In this document: positions 38,551-50,235 of the stretch, piece by piece
Layout: each line of letters opens with the position of its first letter
Position numbering within the stretch: position 1 is the first letter of the stretch
NCBI GenBank assembly: GCA_965153285.1
Contig: OZ229114.1
Length of the DNA stretch: 64,000 nt
Reading direction: 5' to 3' (one strand)
From: Podarcis tiliguerta
Lineage: Eukaryota
Program-made: the position numbers and the translations under genes
The notes under the pieces: generated by a model
Seen by the model: the letters and a program-made list of their open reading frames with translations, nothing else
Told to the model about the DNA's origin: nothing
The model's database searches: none

Positions 38551-39461
38551 ACAATACAGTACAATACATTTCTATACTGCTTCTTGAATCTAAAAGAGTT
38601 CCCAGGATATTTATTTGTTTATTTTATTTGTTATTTGCCATTCTGAATACAATATTTTCCCGCAGCAACTGAATCACAGCTGTGATAACAAGTAGTAACG
38701 CATTTCAGATCAATTGATCAAAGCCAGCCATACCATTATACGAACAAAAAATGTAGGCTACACTAGTTATTTGATTTAAAATAATCTTCCATTCTTTGTT
38801 TTGAAAAATAAATGATAAATAACAAAAACGTTCCATCCACTTCTCCCAGTGACTGCCTTCATTTCGTGATAAGAGTAATTTAAAAGTTGCACAATATTAA
38901 TACACTACTGGCATGGTGTTATAGTTATAATATTCAGCCCCAATGTTAATTTATTTTCTGCCCTTTGGTTCTTTGTTTTGCCCTTAGCACTTGCCCTACA
39001 ACTGTGAATGCAGACAAGCTAGGAATGAAGAGAGTTGAAAACTCCTTCTTGAGCCCATGCCTTGTGGGCAGGAGAGATGGTATTGTTTCACAGGGGTTGT
39101 TGTTGCGATTTTAAAATAAACCAAGTTCAAAAAATGCTCCTGCCGTAGTCGGCAAGGAGGAAGGCATGAGATCATCCTGCCCTCCTGTTTCAGGAAATCC
39201 TCCAAGCATGGAACTAGCAGTATTTATTACAAACCTTATTTAAGTGCTTGAAGAGGAAAACATGCAGTCACATCAAATGCTTCCCTGATTGAGCCTGAGA
39301 TTTGTTAAGAGGCTGATGGTTTAAGGGATTTTATGATGTTGTTAATTATGTTACGTGCAAAAACAAGGTAATGGAAAAACATAATAAACTGAAGCATTAA
39401 AACAATTATCGTAAGTTACATAAACCGTTTCTGATGGACAGTATAGTAATCTTTCAGATAT

Positions 39462-39613
39462 GTTGTTGTTTAGTCGTGTCCGATTCTTCGTGACCCCCTG
39501 GACCAGAGCCCGCCAGGCACTCCTGTCTTCCACTGCCTCCCACAGTTTGGTCAAACTCATGTTCATAGCTTCGAGATCACTGTCCAACCATCTCGTCCTC
39601 TGTCATCCCCTTC
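39462..39613 (-). mobile_element. RTE/BovB LINE 3' fragment
   Basis: DSDLEAMNMSLTKLWEAVEDRSAWRALVQGVTKNRTRLN. Confidence 0.85.
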
Positions 39614-39778
39614 TATTATAGACATAGATACACACAGAGACACAGAGTGGGGAAAATATTTAATTCCGTTTCACTGGCCTGCCATATCAAGTTCCCAAGA
39701 TCAGTGGCCGGTGTGATTGGGTTTTTGTTGCAGAATCCAAGCAAAAGCTGCTTTGTCAGCTTACTGGAGGAGTAAGAG

Positions 39779-39915
39779 CAGGCTTCCTCAAACTCGGCCC
39801 CCCAGATATTTTTTGGCCTACAGCTCCCATGATCCCTATCTAGCAGGACCAGTGGTCAAGGATGATGGGAATTGTAGTCTCAAAATATCTGGAGGGCTGA
39901 GTTTGAGGAAGCCTT
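39779..39915. mobile_element. hAT MITE related to the 37182 copy
   Basis: TIRs CAGGCTTCCTCAAACTC / GAGTTTGAGGAAGCCT; shared ctaca..tccca core. Confidence 0.85.
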
Positions 39916-40616
39916 CTCTTACTCCTCCAGTGTTGGTTTTTTCAAAACTCCGTAACATACTTCAAACACCTTTGCCATTGCTCTACTTTTTAAAATGATT
40001 TCCCCATGCAATATTTAAGGCTGATGTTAGGGAGAAAGGAATTAAAAGCACCCTTGGACACATTAACCTGGTGAACAGATCTGGGACATGGATGAGGGAC
40101 AAGGGCTGAAGCATCGGGCAGGTTTAATTATTTAATACCACAAGAATAAGGATCCACAGTGCTTTAAAGAGTTTCAGAAGTGGGGGGGGGGGGCAGGTCC
40201 ATGTCTGCAAAAGGGTTATAATTTAAAACAAGAAAATGGGTAGGTAGCATAGCCAAAAGGTGGGGGCGGAGGTAGCAAGGGATGAAAGAGGAATTGAGCT
40301 CCACAAATCTAATGCATGTACTTCACAGATTTCCTCATAAAATTAGGATGTTTTTGTAGAAATGCAGCAAATGCAGTTGAATTGTTTTGTAAAGGTGACT
40401 GCATCAAAGCAGTCTAGTTTGGGATTAATTCATTAAATATTTGTGTATATATAGTATATTAAAGGTTTTTGGGGTTGTTGTTTTTTTAACACAGACAGTT
40501 GGCTAGAGACATTTTCTTCTTTTCTTTTACCCATATGATATTCCCTCCATGGATACTGCCGCCCCATTTTTCCCCAGCAAGGCTTAAGTTTTCCTGTAGA
40601 CTTGTGGAAACAAGTA

Positions 40617-41110
40617 CCGTATTTTTTCCCCTATAGGACGCACCATTTCCCCTCCAAAAATGAAGGGGAAATGTGTGTGCATCCTATGGGGCGAATGCAG
40701 GCTTTCGCTGAAGCCTGGAGAGCGAGAGGGGTCGGTGCGCACCGACCGCTCTCCAGGCTTCAGGAAGCTCTCCGCAAGCCATGGGAGCCCAGCGCAAAGT
40801 CGCGCAGCTCTCCCACGGCTTGCGGAGAGCTGCCTGCATCCTGAAGTCTGGGGTGCGCTGAGCTCAGCGTGCCCCAGGCTTCGAGCTTCGCGCAGCTCTC
40901 CGCAAGCTGTAGGAGAGCTGCGCGACTTCGGGCAGATATCCACAAGCCTGGGGAGACCGGCGCGACTTCCCGCTGGGCTCCCTAGGCTTGCGGATAGCAG
41001 CCAGTTCTGGGGGCTGGGGTCGGGGGAAGAATTTTTTTCCCCTTTATTTCCCCCCCCAAAACCTAGGTGTGCCCTATGGGCCGGTCCACCCTATGGGGCG
41101 AAAAATAGGG
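40617..41110. mobile_element. Tc1/mariner MITE, sibling of 26932-27329 in the opposite orientation
   Basis: TA|CCGTATTTTTTCCCCTATAGGAC...CCCTATGGGGCGAAAAATAGGG|TA; shared internal sequence. Confidence 0.88.
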
Positions 41111-41754
41111 TAATTCTGATTCCTGAATGCCAGTCCAGAAGAGCAATTACACTCATTCCCAAATCAGCACCAGTGTGGTTTTCATTTGGGCACCGTTCTT
41201 TCATTTTATAGAAAATTATATGCTGCGTAAAACTTGGTTGTTGATTTTTTTTTTACGTTAAAACATCCCAAAAGTTTGAGGCACAGTGAAGAACCTCCAC
41301 AGAGACCTGCACAGTCTCCTCCTCCCACCAAAATTCCCGGGAAGGCAGGGAATTTCCATCTCTGAGCTCACTTTATTGAAGGTAGAGACTTCAGGGAAGA
41401 AAATGGGCAGCTGCAAAAGGGGTGTGTAGAAGCTGTACATGAAGAAGGTGCTGCACTGTTTTGTTTTTGTTTTTTTTGTTTTCCACTACTGCTTTCGGAT
41501 TCCTCTTCCTAAACCCCCATTCACAAATACAGAATTCATTTGTAATTGTTTTGGCTTGGCTTGGCTTGGCAATTGTTTTTTTAAAACTGGTCTCTGCGAT
41601 TGCAAAATCTGATGGTTCTGGGGAAAGGAGTTGAGCTTGCTTGACTTCAAAAGAGCTTGGCAAGTGGCACCACTGAGAAACCTTTTCCATTTATTGTCCC
41701 TTTTAGCTGCTATTTACAAAATAGCTTATTTTGAGCCACACATAGCTAATAATT

Positions 41755-41882
41755 TCCAGAGGGGTTGGCCGTGTTAGTCTGTCAGTCAGTGGCAGTCTGT
41801 TGCATCAAAACCATGAGCTTGATGGCGCCATAAGAGAATAGCAAATTTATTAGGACATAAGCTTTCGTGGACTATAATCCAT
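41755..41882 (-). mobile_element. Older Penelope-like terminal fragment
   Basis: gccgtgttagtctg...cataagctttcgtgga motifs as in the 30462 copy; the CUGANGA half is lost. Confidence 0.55.
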
Positions 41883-42138
41883 ATCCTGCATTTTAATTGT
41901 TTTAATGTTTTAATGTATTTTAATCTTGTTTTCAAGTTGTATTCATTCAACTTGTTTTTATTATTGGTTGCTAGCTGCCCTGAGCCCTGCCTTGGCTGGG
42001 GAGGGCGGGGTATAAATAAATTTTATTATTATTATTATCATCATCCTATATCCACATGTCCTACATTTACAGATAATGGTCACCTGCTTTCCCCCCCTGA
42101 TTCATTCAGTCTCATGTTATGTATTGTTTCTGTTTCAG

Positions 42139-42283
42139 ATTTATCGCGGAACAGACTCTCGGAGCTGCCAGCAGAAACTTGTCTCTTTGTTTCCCTTGAG
42201 AGCCTTAATTTGTACCAGAATTGCATTCGCTATATTCCAGAAGCCATTCTGAACCTGCAGTGCTTAACGTTCCTGAATATCAG
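42139..42283 (+). CDS. LRCH3: LRCH3 exon 2 (LRR)
   Basis: tttcag|AT...AG|gtaacc; DLSRNRLSELPAETCLFVSLESLNLYQNCIRYIPEAILNLQCLTFLNI(S). Confidence 0.96.
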
Positions 42284-42502
42284 GTAACCGTGATGTAAAA
42301 GTAGCAGCGCCCAACATTATGCAACTCTTGAAAAGCTCAAGCCAAAGGGACGCAGTGCAGTGCAGTCTGTGGGGAAAGCAAGCAATTCTTCACATTTCTA
42401 CCATTCAGTGCTGGGGCCAGACTTGAATAAAAACACTGGCTGTGATACAAAGAATTCTGCATGCATGTTGGGTTTCCTGTTCTGACAGCATCTCCGTGTA
42501 CT

Positions 42503-42757
42503 CGGTTCGAAAGCATGCCAGTGCAAGTAGATAAATAGGTACTGCTGCGGCGGGAAGGTAAATGGCGTTACCGTGTGCTCTGGTTTCCGTCACAGTGCCC
42601 CGTTGCGCCAGAAGCAGTTTAGTCCTGCTGGCCACATGACTCGGAAAGCTGTCTGTGGACAAACACCAGCTCCCTTGGCCTGAAAGCAAGATGAGCACTG
42701 CAACCCCATAGTCGCCTTTGACTGGACTTAACTGTCCAGGGGTCCTTTACCTTTTAC
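42503..42757 (+). mobile_element. 5'-truncated Sauria SINE
   Basis: gttcgaaagca...ggggtcctttacctttt. Confidence 0.8.
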
Positions 42758-43591
42758 CAGAGGGTCCTCTGATTTTTAAGGCCACATTAGTAAAAGCTGC
42801 TTAACATGAAATATTCAAGCGTATGGTAGTAAAAACTTGAATTTCTGCTGACTTGATAGTAATAGGCTATCTTATTCATTGGGTCCTTTGTGTTAAATCA
42901 GGAAAAGTGCTTTAAGATGTTTGTACAGAGAGATGTTTTTATTCAGGCACGCTTTGGGCTTTATAAGCTGACCTTGTGCCCTTTGTAAATATGTTGCATT
43001 CTGGTTGACTGTTGTTTTTATTGGATTTATTGACAGGCAGTGATATATTCTGTTGTTACCTTGTATATTTTATTCTCTCTCAGACCACTGTTAGCTGCTT
43101 TGAGCACCGTTTGGAAAGGCAGGATACAGATTGAACTAGTAAATAAATAAAAGAGTGTAAAAATAAGTAATAGAGTTTGCTTTGGCACTATCCTCTAGCC
43201 AATTCAGTTTTGCCTAGCTTCCTTAATTTTTTTACGGTGAGTCTTCTTTTTTTTTATTCAAAGGATGTGAGTCAGAGGATAACTTCCCATTGTTGTGCAT
43301 TTTAAAATATTTATTATGTGCTGCCAATTTATGTTGGACAGTCTCTGCTGCTTGAGGAGAGGATTTTTCAGTAGAAAGCTTAGGCTCCATGCATTAAAAA
43401 GAACCACCCTTCTCTCTAGGCAAACTAAAGTATTTAGAAGCCACACAGAGTGGAGCAACTGCTTGTCAACAGTGTGCTCCACTGAAAGGAAAGAAACGTT
43501 GAACTGAGGGTTGATTTTCTTTTGGAAGAAGGTATCCTGCCCCACCCATCCTGCTTCTAAGTCCTTGCTGTTTAAAGAAGAAGAGGAGATA

Positions 43592-43812
43592 CAGTGGTAC
43601 CTCTGGTTACGGATTTAATTCGTTTCGGGGTGCCGTGCACACCCCGAAAAATCTGTAACTAGAGGCGCCACTTCTGCACATGCACATGGTGCGATAGAGC
43701 GCTTCTGTGCATGCCTGAGCGGTGAAACCCGGAAGTATACACTTCTGGGTTTGCTGCGGCCATAACCCAAAGATTCCGTAACCTGGAGGTTACGCAACAC
43801 GAGCTACCACTG
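43592..43812. mobile_element. Tigger/pogo-like MITE
   Basis: TA|CAGTGGTACCTC...GAGCTACCACTG|TA. Confidence 0.8.
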
Positions 43813-43816
43813 TACT

Positions 43817-44560
43817 ACTCCAAAATCCCACAAGCCCCCTCGACATAATCAAAAAACAATGGGAGGACAACATAAGCCATGAAACTAACCCTATCCAATG
43901 GACTAGAATGTGGTCTAAACCTCCCTTTAAATCCATCTCAGCTAAAAGAAAAGAACTCACCCTGAAACTCACTTGCAGATGATACCTAACACCACAGAAA
44001 CTAGCACTGATTCGCCCAGGAGCCTGACCAAAATCCACAGGCACATACCTCCACATGTAGTGGGAATGTCCCAAAATCCAACAAGAATTCACCAACAGCA
44101 TATGAATCAATCTGGCTAACCTTAGGATTGCCATGCGTCAGGGGGGATTTGACGTCCGGGGGGGATTTCCAAAAGGCAGTTGTGGGTTTTTGGGTGTTTT
44201 TGTAAAAGAAAGCTCAACAACTTTGGAGTTTTGGAGTCTTAAATCTTAAGGCAGATAACAAAGACAACCAACCAGCCCAGCCCCAGCCTCTCTCACCAAG
44301 GAAACACAACAAGCGAATAGAAAGAGAACCCACACAAGTGATGCGAACACAAAACACCACACATACACTAAGTAGAAGAATAGAAGATTACCACCCCACC
44401 CCAGGCTCCCTCCCCGCCCTCCCCCTCTTCGCCCCTCTTTTCTTCCCAACCTTATACTGCATGCAACGCTAGTGTCTCACAACAAATTAAACTGATCAGT
44501 AGAAAACACAACCTGAAAAAGAGACAATGCACGTATTTTTGTAAACTAACTAATAAAAAT
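43817..44560 (+). mobile_element. Decayed L1 3' region, interrupted at about 44120-44245
   Basis: Degenerate ORF2 C-terminal motifs (YLTPQKL, TYLHM*WECPKI) and an AATAAA-terminated 3' UTR. Confidence 0.6.
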
Positions 44561-46826
44561 CTTCCTCTTCCTCTTCTTCAAAAAAGAACAAGAGTTCTTT
44601 TCCAAGAGTTTTAATCAGTGATCGTTGAAGCCCTTGGGGTGGCCCTCTATATTGTCCATTTTTCCTGATTCTGCGTGGCCCCTGTGTTTCATGGAAGTCC
44701 CCACATTGCAATGCTGCTTAGCATTGCACTCCTCATGAGATTTGAGGTTTGTAGCATGTTAGAGTTCTTTGCTGCAGAACATTCCAAAACTGAGGAATCT
44801 TCTCCCACCAGAAGGCACAAAAGCCATTTGTATTGCTTTGCCTTCAGCAGCCGAGAGGAGCAACCCATTGCAGGACTATCTTCTTCTGTTGAAAAGAACA
44901 AACCTTCAAGGCCAGTGTTTCTTTTTCCAGCACTTGAGATCGAGAGCTGTAATCACCAGCCTTCCACTTGCATCTCCTCATTGTAATTACTGTTTGCAAA
45001 CACAGTATGGTTAACCTACTTCATCGTGCCCGATTCACTTGGTTGCTATTTTTCCTTTCATGACAACGTACCTGAATTCGAACATAGTTTTCCGGTACAA
45101 GCCATTCCGTTGCTCCGTTGCAGAGTTTACATGTGGGTTGTACATCTCTCTTGAACTGTTTATAGTTTGCTTTGTACTTGTGTTTTCTTCTGTTTCACTG
45201 TTGGGCGTGCTCCTTTATGTGGGATTTAGGGTCAAGTTAAATTAATGCTAGACAGTCCAGCTGCAGTTGACTGTGGTTTCCTTTTTAGATGCTTCACTGT
45301 AGAAGATCCTCAGGCTGCCAGCTTTAGCCACATGGTTCCCTCCTTTGCCCAGACAGGCATAAAGACTGAGATCTTAGATAGTACAGATGCACTTGCTTAC
45401 CCAGATGACTTATCTCAAAGGAGGAAGATGAGGCAAATATTAGCCAGTTCCCACCAATTTCCATCCAGCAACGCCATATAAATCCTTTCCCCATGCTACA
45501 TAAGCTTTTTCTTCATAGTTAATAAAATGTGTAACAGCTGTCTTCTGAACCGTGGATGACCCGAGGCAATATTGCAACCTATGGATGGAGAACCATTGAT
45601 TCCAGACTTCAGATTTCTAAACTGTGGATTCCTCGATTCCTGTCAGCTGCTGGTTTTCCCTGACTTTTAAAGTCATAATAATAATTTTATCGACTGGGTT
45701 GTCCCAGCCACTCTGGGCAGCTCTGAACAAAATATTTAAAAGCACAGTAAAGCACCATTATAAACTGGTTATGCCAGTCTAAAGTTATTTCTTAAGGTTA
45801 ACTATGTAACATGAAGAGATGGGCATTAATATTCAAAGCAGATTCACATACCACAGCTTGAAAAAGAAGATGCAGGTGACTGCCTTTCTGGCCATCTGAG
45901 CCTCTTTCCAATAGAAAGCTTTCCATTTTTCCTTTCTAAAATCAAGGGATTAAGGAACATCACTAACTTTTTTCTCTGCATGGAGGCCAATCAGATTCCC
46001 TCCATACATTTCAGGAAAAGTTACCCAGAAAATATGGCTAGGACTTAACTTTCCCCCTTTTTTACTTTCATACAAACTACCTTTTCCCATTCCCTAACCT
46101 CTGCCATAAGGTAGTCTGGACATCAGATGGAAATCAGCAAAGGAAACAAGTATTGCTCTAGGCTTTTTCCAATGCTTTTGTTCCTCTTAATCTTTCGTTG
46201 AATGGCATTGACAGAAGGCTGAAGCATTTTAACTGTATGATAGCTGTTTTTATCCTGATAACTGAGCTGTATAGAATTGGGGTTGATTCTTGGTTAGCAG
46301 GGGTCTGTCAAGGAAGAAGAGCCGATGGTGAAATAACTCTCAAGTGATGTGATGGTGGTTTTCTTTATTCAGGGAGGCTAGTTTTGACAACTTGGTCCCA
46401 TAAGTATGGGATTTCAGACAGCTTGTGGGTGTTTCTGTCTTCTGGCATAGCAAGCAAATGTGAAAAGCAATAAACTGCTTAATGCATATAAAACAGGACT
46501 CTGCAATTCTCTGAATCACAGCTTGGTGCATACACTGGAAGTTCTTCTAGTATTTCCTTTTAATTTCAACCCCAGAATTCAGCTCAGCTTGTCAGAAGTG
46601 GTTCCTGTACAGCCATGATTTTTCTTCATAGTCATATGACCCTGTGGATATAGCAGGAGATCCCAGCTGTTGATTAATGTGCCCAAACTGCCTTGTTCTT
46701 ATATTCTGATAACAGTGCATTTTGATTTTCTTATGCTGCACATAAACTGGTTATATGTTTCATCTAATGTTCTACTTGCCTTTTTGTGTTTGTTTCTTTG
46801 TGTGTGTTTTTCCTCGTCTTGAAAAG

Positions 46827-46953
46827 CCGGAATCAGCTTTCAACGTTGCCAGTTCACTTGTGCAGCCTGCCTTTGAAAGTTTTGATAGCAAGCAATAATA
46901 AGCTCGTCTCACTACCTGAAGAAATTGGGCAGCTAAGACACCTGATGGAGCTT
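46827..46953 (+). CDS. LRCH3: LRCH3 exon 3 (LRR)
   Basis: gaaaag|C CGG AAT...GAG CTT|gtaagt; RNQLSTLPVHLCSLPLKVLIASNNKLVSLPEEIGQLRHLMEL. Confidence 0.96.
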
Positions 46954-47499
46954 GTAAGTTTATTTAAATCCTTAATTGTCAATCTTTTATCGAGGAAGCA
47001 TCAGCTTTCCCCCCCAAACTGATTGTTAGGTGTGAATCAGGGATATCCAGGGATTGCCACACTCTACTAAACATATGTTGAGTAATCAGGATAAGAATTC
47101 CAGTATAAACATCCTGATACATCTTGAAGGTTATCCAAACTCTGATGTGTCCCAAAACACACATTTTAACATGATAGTCATGACTGCAAACGGAGCAGGG
47201 TGAATGCTATTTTTGTGCTCTGTTTTTAAAGCTTGATGTGCTTTCTTCAACCTTCCTAGAAATGAGTGGGATAGGTGCCAAATTCTTGTGGTTTTCGTTT
47301 AGCTTTATGGTGAGCTGCTAAAGAGTGTTGAATTTGTTTAAACAATGAGATGTTGACACATTGAGAGCCACAAGTGATTTTTGTGTGTGTGTGCTTGCAT
47401 CCTTTTGACTGAATCGTTAGAATTATGGAGGTTATCATTGTATTTTCCACTGATAGCCTGTGGGCTTTCTGATGTGTTTAATTAACGTAGTAGCTATAA

Positions 47500-48430
47500 T
47501 TAATTAATATGTTTGTTTCATAAAATTTATACACCGCTTGATTATAAAAATCCTAAAAGCGGTTTACAAAAATATTAAAACAATAAATTTGAGAAAAATT
47601 CACAACCTTACTTTAAAACAACTTTAAAAGTTGAACTACTGAAACAGGTTAAAATTAACTCAATTTTCTAAGCATCCGGGTGGGTTGTCTAAACAATGAT
47701 GTTTTTAGCAGGCACTGAAAAGAGTACAGTGAAGGTGCTTGCTTGATCTCAATAGGCAGGGAGTCCCAAAGTGCAGGTGCTGCCACACTGAACGATTGAG
47801 TTCTTACAAATGGGTATTATGTGGCACCTGTAGCAGGGCCAGTTATGCCGATGGAAGCGGACGAGTGGGCACATGTAGGGAAAGGCAATCTCATAGATAA
47901 ACAGATAAACTGGTTCCAAGTTGTTAAGGGAGTTGTATACTAGGAGTATACTAGTAGGAGTATACTAGGAGTATACAATTCCAAGTTGTATACTAGGAGT
48001 AACACCTTGAACTTAGCCTGGTGGCAAATCGGCAACCAGTGCAGACCTCTGAGTACAGGTGTTACATGCTGACAAGGCCTCACTCGTGTCAGCAGTTGTG
48101 TTGCAGCATTCTGCGCTGTGTGAGGGAAGCCCCACGTAGAGCGCATTGCAGCAATCCATTCTTGAAGGGACCAACACATGAACTGCTATAGCCAGGCTTT
48201 CCTGGCCCTAGAATGGCCACAGCTGGAGTTGGTCAAAGGCACCTCTAGCCGCTGAGCCTCCAATGGCACAGCTGGATTCAGAAGCACCCCAAACTGCGAA
48301 CGTGCTCCTTCAGGGGGAGTGCAACCCCACCCAGGGTGGGCAACTGACACGGGAGCTACTTGCCCACAGTGCCTCCATCTTGCCAGGCTTCAAGCTCAGC
48401 TTGGTTCTCCTCATCCATTTCACCAAGCTA
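47500..48430 (-). mobile_element. L2-like LINE 3' fragment
   Basis: QNAATQLLTRVRPCQHVTPVLRGLHWLPICHQAKFKVLLLVY, the L2 RT C-terminal signature. Confidence 0.8.
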
Positions 48431-48822
48431 TCTGAGTGACATTTATTATTTAATCTTTCACAGTTTTGTATTGGCAGGTGTTTTGGAATGCATTTTTACA
48501 AAACTCCTTATTAGCTTTGATGTTTTAATATTACAGGACTATGCATTTATTTCTATATTCCTGATTTGCATTTCTGGGCTGTACGTTCTGTTGTTTCCGA
48601 AGTATGTCTCTAGTAAATGATTAGCATATTTTGGTAGCCTCCTTCTTGCTGTTTTTAATACACATGTATGCATTCCTGACCTCTGTAATTTGGATATGAC
48701 ATCGGAAGGCAGCCCTGTTTAGGGAAGCTTTTAATGTTTGATGCATTGCTGTATTTTAATATTTTGTTGGAAGCCGCCCAGAGTGGCTGGGGAAGCACAG
48801 CCAGATGGGCAGGGTAAAAAAA

Positions 48823-48861
<39 letters not shown>

Positions 48862-49130
48862 GTCACCTGGCTTGTTTTTCTAACTGGTAGCAGCACCTTA
48901 GATGCTCAGAGGCTGGGTACTGAACTATTGTACATTCAAAGGATGCTGTGTATATCATGAGTTATTGGTCCTCTCCAAAGAGGAGGTATTCTGAATGTGT
49001 ACAATGGGCTTAAATCTCGTGACTTTTCATTTACAAGACAAAGCTTTGAACTACTGAAATGGTGTTTATATCATGGTGCACATCATTAAAATCATTAAAC
49101 CACAGCTCACCCCTCTTCATGATTTTCTAG

Positions 49131-49236
49131 GATGTAAGCTGCAATGAAATACAGACAGTTCCATCACAGATCGGCAGTTTATATTCTCTACGGGACCTGA
49201 ACCTCAGAAGAAATCACCTGGTGCATTTACCTGAAG
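49131..49236 (+). CDS. LRCH3: LRCH3 exon 4 (LRR)
   Basis: ttctag|GAT GTA AGC TGC AAT...GAA G|gtgaga; DVSCNEIQTVPSQIGSLYSLRDLNLRRNHLVHLPE; read by eye, not in the ORF track. Confidence 0.95.
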
Positions 49237-49374
49237 GTGAGAAATGCAGGGGAGAAGTTGTCTACAACCACTCTTATTTCCAAAATCAAATTGTTTGCTG
49301 CACGTGAATGTCCCATCTTCTTCTGCAATTAACTGACTACAGTGTTTTTCATGCGTGTGTCTTTTCTCCTACAG

Positions 49375-49511
49375 AGCTTGCCGAGTTGCCTTTGATTCGG
49401 TTAGATTTCTCCTGCAATAAAATCACAACAATCCCGGTTTGTTACCGTAACCTCAGGCACTTACAGACAATCACCCTAGATAACAACCCACTGCAGTCAC
49501 CCCCTGCACAG
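49375..49511 (+). CDS. LRCH3: LRCH3 exon 5 (LRR)
   Basis: cctacag|AG CTT...GCA CAG|gtaatg; ELAELPLIRLDFSCNKITTIPVCYRNLRHLQTITLDNNPLQSPPAQ. Confidence 0.96.
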
Positions 49512-50009
49512 GTAATGTATCCTCTGATGTTAGAACACTATTCTCAACCAGAATACACTTTCTCTAAGAGTAGCAAAGAAGTCCATGGGAGGAAATCTTT
49601 TACTTTTCAGCATAATGCAAGCTTTGCATCAGGATTGCTAGAAGACCGTCCTTGATGTGCTCTTTGTCTTAGGATACAATTCACTCTGGCAAATGAAAAA
49701 TTCTTGGAAACAAATTGCACATGCTGTTTAAACCTTAGCATTCGGAAGCTGACATTCACATTCATTGCTTGATTTTGCTGTTGCTATCCTGACTGATGCA
49801 CAGTGCACAAGCAAATAACGGTGCAGTAGATAGTGTGCGCAAACCACTACAAAAAAACAGCTGCTTATGTGTATATACACACTGCACCCTCAGTGTAAGA
49901 ATGCTGGCCAGAAATGATTGCTTATGCCAAAAAAGGTAGCGATCTTAGGAAAGATAGGACTAAGTTGCATAGGAGAGGACATATAATTCATATGACGTGT
50001 GTTTATATA

Positions 50010-50235
50010 CAGTGGTACCTCGGGTTACATACGCTTCAGGTTACAGACTCCGCTAACCCAGAAATAGTACCTCGGGTTAAGAACTTTGCTTCAGGATGAG
50101 AACAGAAATTGTACTCCGGCGGTGCGGCGGCAGCAGGAGGCCCCATTAGCTAAAGTGGTGCTTCAGGTTAAGAACAGTTTCAGGTTAAGAACGGACCTCC
50201 GGAATGAATTAAGTACTTAACCTGAGGCACCACTG
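50010..50235. mobile_element. Tigger/pogo-like MITE
   Basis: TA|CAGTGGTACCTCGGGTTA...TAACCTGAGGCACCACTG|TA; left end repeated internally. Confidence 0.85.

Noticed and set aside
44640-45500. Possible processed pseudogene or antisense coding relic
   Set aside because: The frames I translated are short and unrecognisable; no splice, poly(A) or TSD support.
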